In this document: piece by piece, positions 62,228-64,000 of the stretch | How the letters are laid out: each line of letters begins with the position of its first letter | Position numbering within the stretch: position 1 is the stretch's first letter | NCBI GenBank assembly: GCA_950097015.1 | Contig: CATNEN010000003.1 | Coordinates: 1,488,001-1,552,000, forward strand | DNA from: Macrostomum hystrix | Lineage: Eukaryota > Animalia > Platyhelminthes | Direction of reading: 5' to 3' | DNA: 64,000 nt | The notes under the pieces: generated by a model | Seen by the model: only the letters and a program-made list of their open reading frames with translations | Told to the model about the DNA's origin: nothing | Database searches by the model: none | Program-made: the position numbers and the translations under genes

Positions 62228-63840
62228 ATGCTCGCTTTCAAGATTGCCTTATTACTGGCATGCGCTGCTTTGATACTTGCGCATAGCGAAGAAAAAGAAG
62301 AGCCAAAGGAAGAAACGAAAGATAATACAAACTCAAATAACGATGGCGAGATGAATGAATTCGATAGGCAGCATGCTAATGCCGGAATCTTGGTTCTTAC
62401 TGATGACAATTATGAAGAAACTATCAAGTCGCATCCGGCAGTACTTGTTAAGTTCTGTAAGTGTAATTGTTTTAAATTGCTGAAAAACGTGTGACGTAGC
62501 GAAGGCATTTGATAAATAATTTCTGAACATAGGTTCTTATTTTAATTTCAGACGCACCGTGGTGCATTCACAGTCGAGAATTCGCACCGGAATATATTAA
62601 AGCGGGGCTGTTTCTAATGGAAAGAAACTCTACAATCAGGCTAGCAAGAGTCGATGCTTCAGTCAATAAGAAGTTTGCGGAAAAGTATAACGTAACAAAT
62701 TATCCAACTTTGAAGTTCTTTAAAGGTGACGCAGTCGCTGATTATTCGGGTGGAAAAACTGGCCTCGCTGTTGCTTCTTGGGTGGAAACTAAGATGAAGC
62801 CGCCAGCAAAAAATGTTACGACAATCAACGAGGCTCATGAATTCGCCATGTCTGATGCCGTTACGATTTTGGGCCTCTTTTCGAAAGAAAATTCTACAAG
62901 CATGGCCGAGAGTTTGGCGCAGACAGCGTTCGCCCGACTGGACGAGGTACCTTGTGGCGTAACTGACAGCGAGGAGGTCCTGGCTCATTATGGAGTCACA
63001 AAAGACACCATCATTATGTTCAAAAACCTAGACAAAGAGCAACTGAACTATGAAGGACCATTTGATGCTGACAGCATTGCTAAATTTGTAAAGGCAAACA
63101 AGCTGCCCTTGGTGGTCGAATTCACTCACTACAATGCTCCCGACATTTTCAACGGCAACATTACCAAGCACCTGCTGCTCTTTGTCCACAAGTCCGACGC
63201 GGACTCATTTAAAGCCAATTTCGGCCAAATGCACGAGCCAGCCAAGATTTACAAGGACCGAGTGATCTTCATTTACGTCAACATGGATGACACCGACAAT
63301 GAGATGATACTGCAATTCTTTGGCGTCAAGAAGTCCGATCCGCCGTCCGTGCGGTTGATCGCGCTGGACTTGAACATGTCCAAGTTCAGGCCCACCTTCA
63401 AGATCATAACCTCAGATGGGCTGATTGCATTCGTTCAAGACGTTCTCGATGGCAAAATCGAACCTCACCTACCATCGCAGGATGTTCCGCAGGATTGGGA
63501 TAAAAACCCTGTGAAGGTTCTGGTCGCGAAGAACTTCGACGAGGTGACCATGGACAAAAGCAAGACAGTGTTTGTCATGTTCTACGCTCCCTGGTGTGAG
63601 CACAGCAAATTGCTCGCTCCAGTTTGGGAAGAATTGGCCAAAGACTATGCTCACAACGACACCATCGTGATAGCCAAGATGGACAGCTCCGAGAACGAGT
63701 TGTCTGACATGAAGATCCGCTCCTTTCCGACGCTGAAGCTGTTTCCCGCTAATTCCAACGACGTCTACGACTATTACGGACTCGATCGTACGTTGAAGAG
63801 CTTGAAGATCTTCCTCGACTCTGGCGGCAAGAAGCAGCCG
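62228..63840 (+). CDS. Protein disulfide isomerase family member (PDIA1/P4HB-like a-b-b'-a') with two CXXS active sites; 3' end probably beyond the window
   Basis: Exon 1 62228-62456 (signal peptide MLAFKIALLLACAALILAHS; donor T|GTAAGT). Exon 2 62552-63840 (TTTCAG|AC; donor CCG|GTGAGT). FYAPWCIHS, YPTLKFF, LPLVVEF, PQDWDKNPVKVLVAKNF, FYAPWCEHS, FPTLKLFPA. Confidence 0.93.
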
Positions 63841-64000
63841 GTGAGTTTCTCAAGCAAAAGGAACTCCTGTACGCAATTGCTTCAGTTCAGGGGTTGTAAT
63901 GTCAAGGTGGGTGTTGCGACGCAACCACCCAACGTACTGAACTTACAATAATAGCAACCATGCATAAATGATGAAAACTTGTGAGCGGAAAAATTATGCC

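Noticed and set aside
63841-63951. C-terminal extension VSFSSKRNSCTQ... of the PDI ORF
   Set aside because: It starts at a consensus donor (CCG|GTGAGT), loses PDI similarity and has no ER-retention signal; probably intron read-through.

Overview
Eukaryotic (metazoan) genomic DNA, roughly 60-65% tandem repeat. GC-rich exons, AT-rich minisatellite-filled introns and eEF2K/Sec10 homologues suggest a Macrostomum-like flatworm (inference only). Three genes were reconstructed by hand from GT-AG junctions and frame continuity. (1) A complete eEF2 kinase (minus strand, 7 coding exons, 24292-31381, 812 aa, all introns phase 0). (2) A complete exocyst subunit EXOC5/Sec10 (minus strand, 9 coding exons, 39679-54789, 727 aa), whose intron 5 is an 8.8-kb 36-bp minisatellite. 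(3) A PDI-family gene (plus strand, from 62228, probably running off the window). Both PDI active sites are CXXS (WCIHS, WCEHS), it lacks the catalytic Glu in both domains and has 7 N-glycosylation sequons, resembling yeast Eug1p. Bases 1-21290 are a 29/27-bp satellite with kb-scale higher-order duplications. Mobile elements: an internally deleted hAT transposon (perfect 16-bp TIRs, 8-bp TSD), a hAT-type MITE, a frameshifted Merlin/IS1595-like transposase relic and tRNA-derived SINE copies. Best leads: the double-CXXS PDI, an eEF2K intronic minisatellite built around the CLEAR/E-box palindrome GTCACGTGAC, and the architecture in which most large introns carry their own minisatellite. No CRISPR or prokaryotic system is supported.
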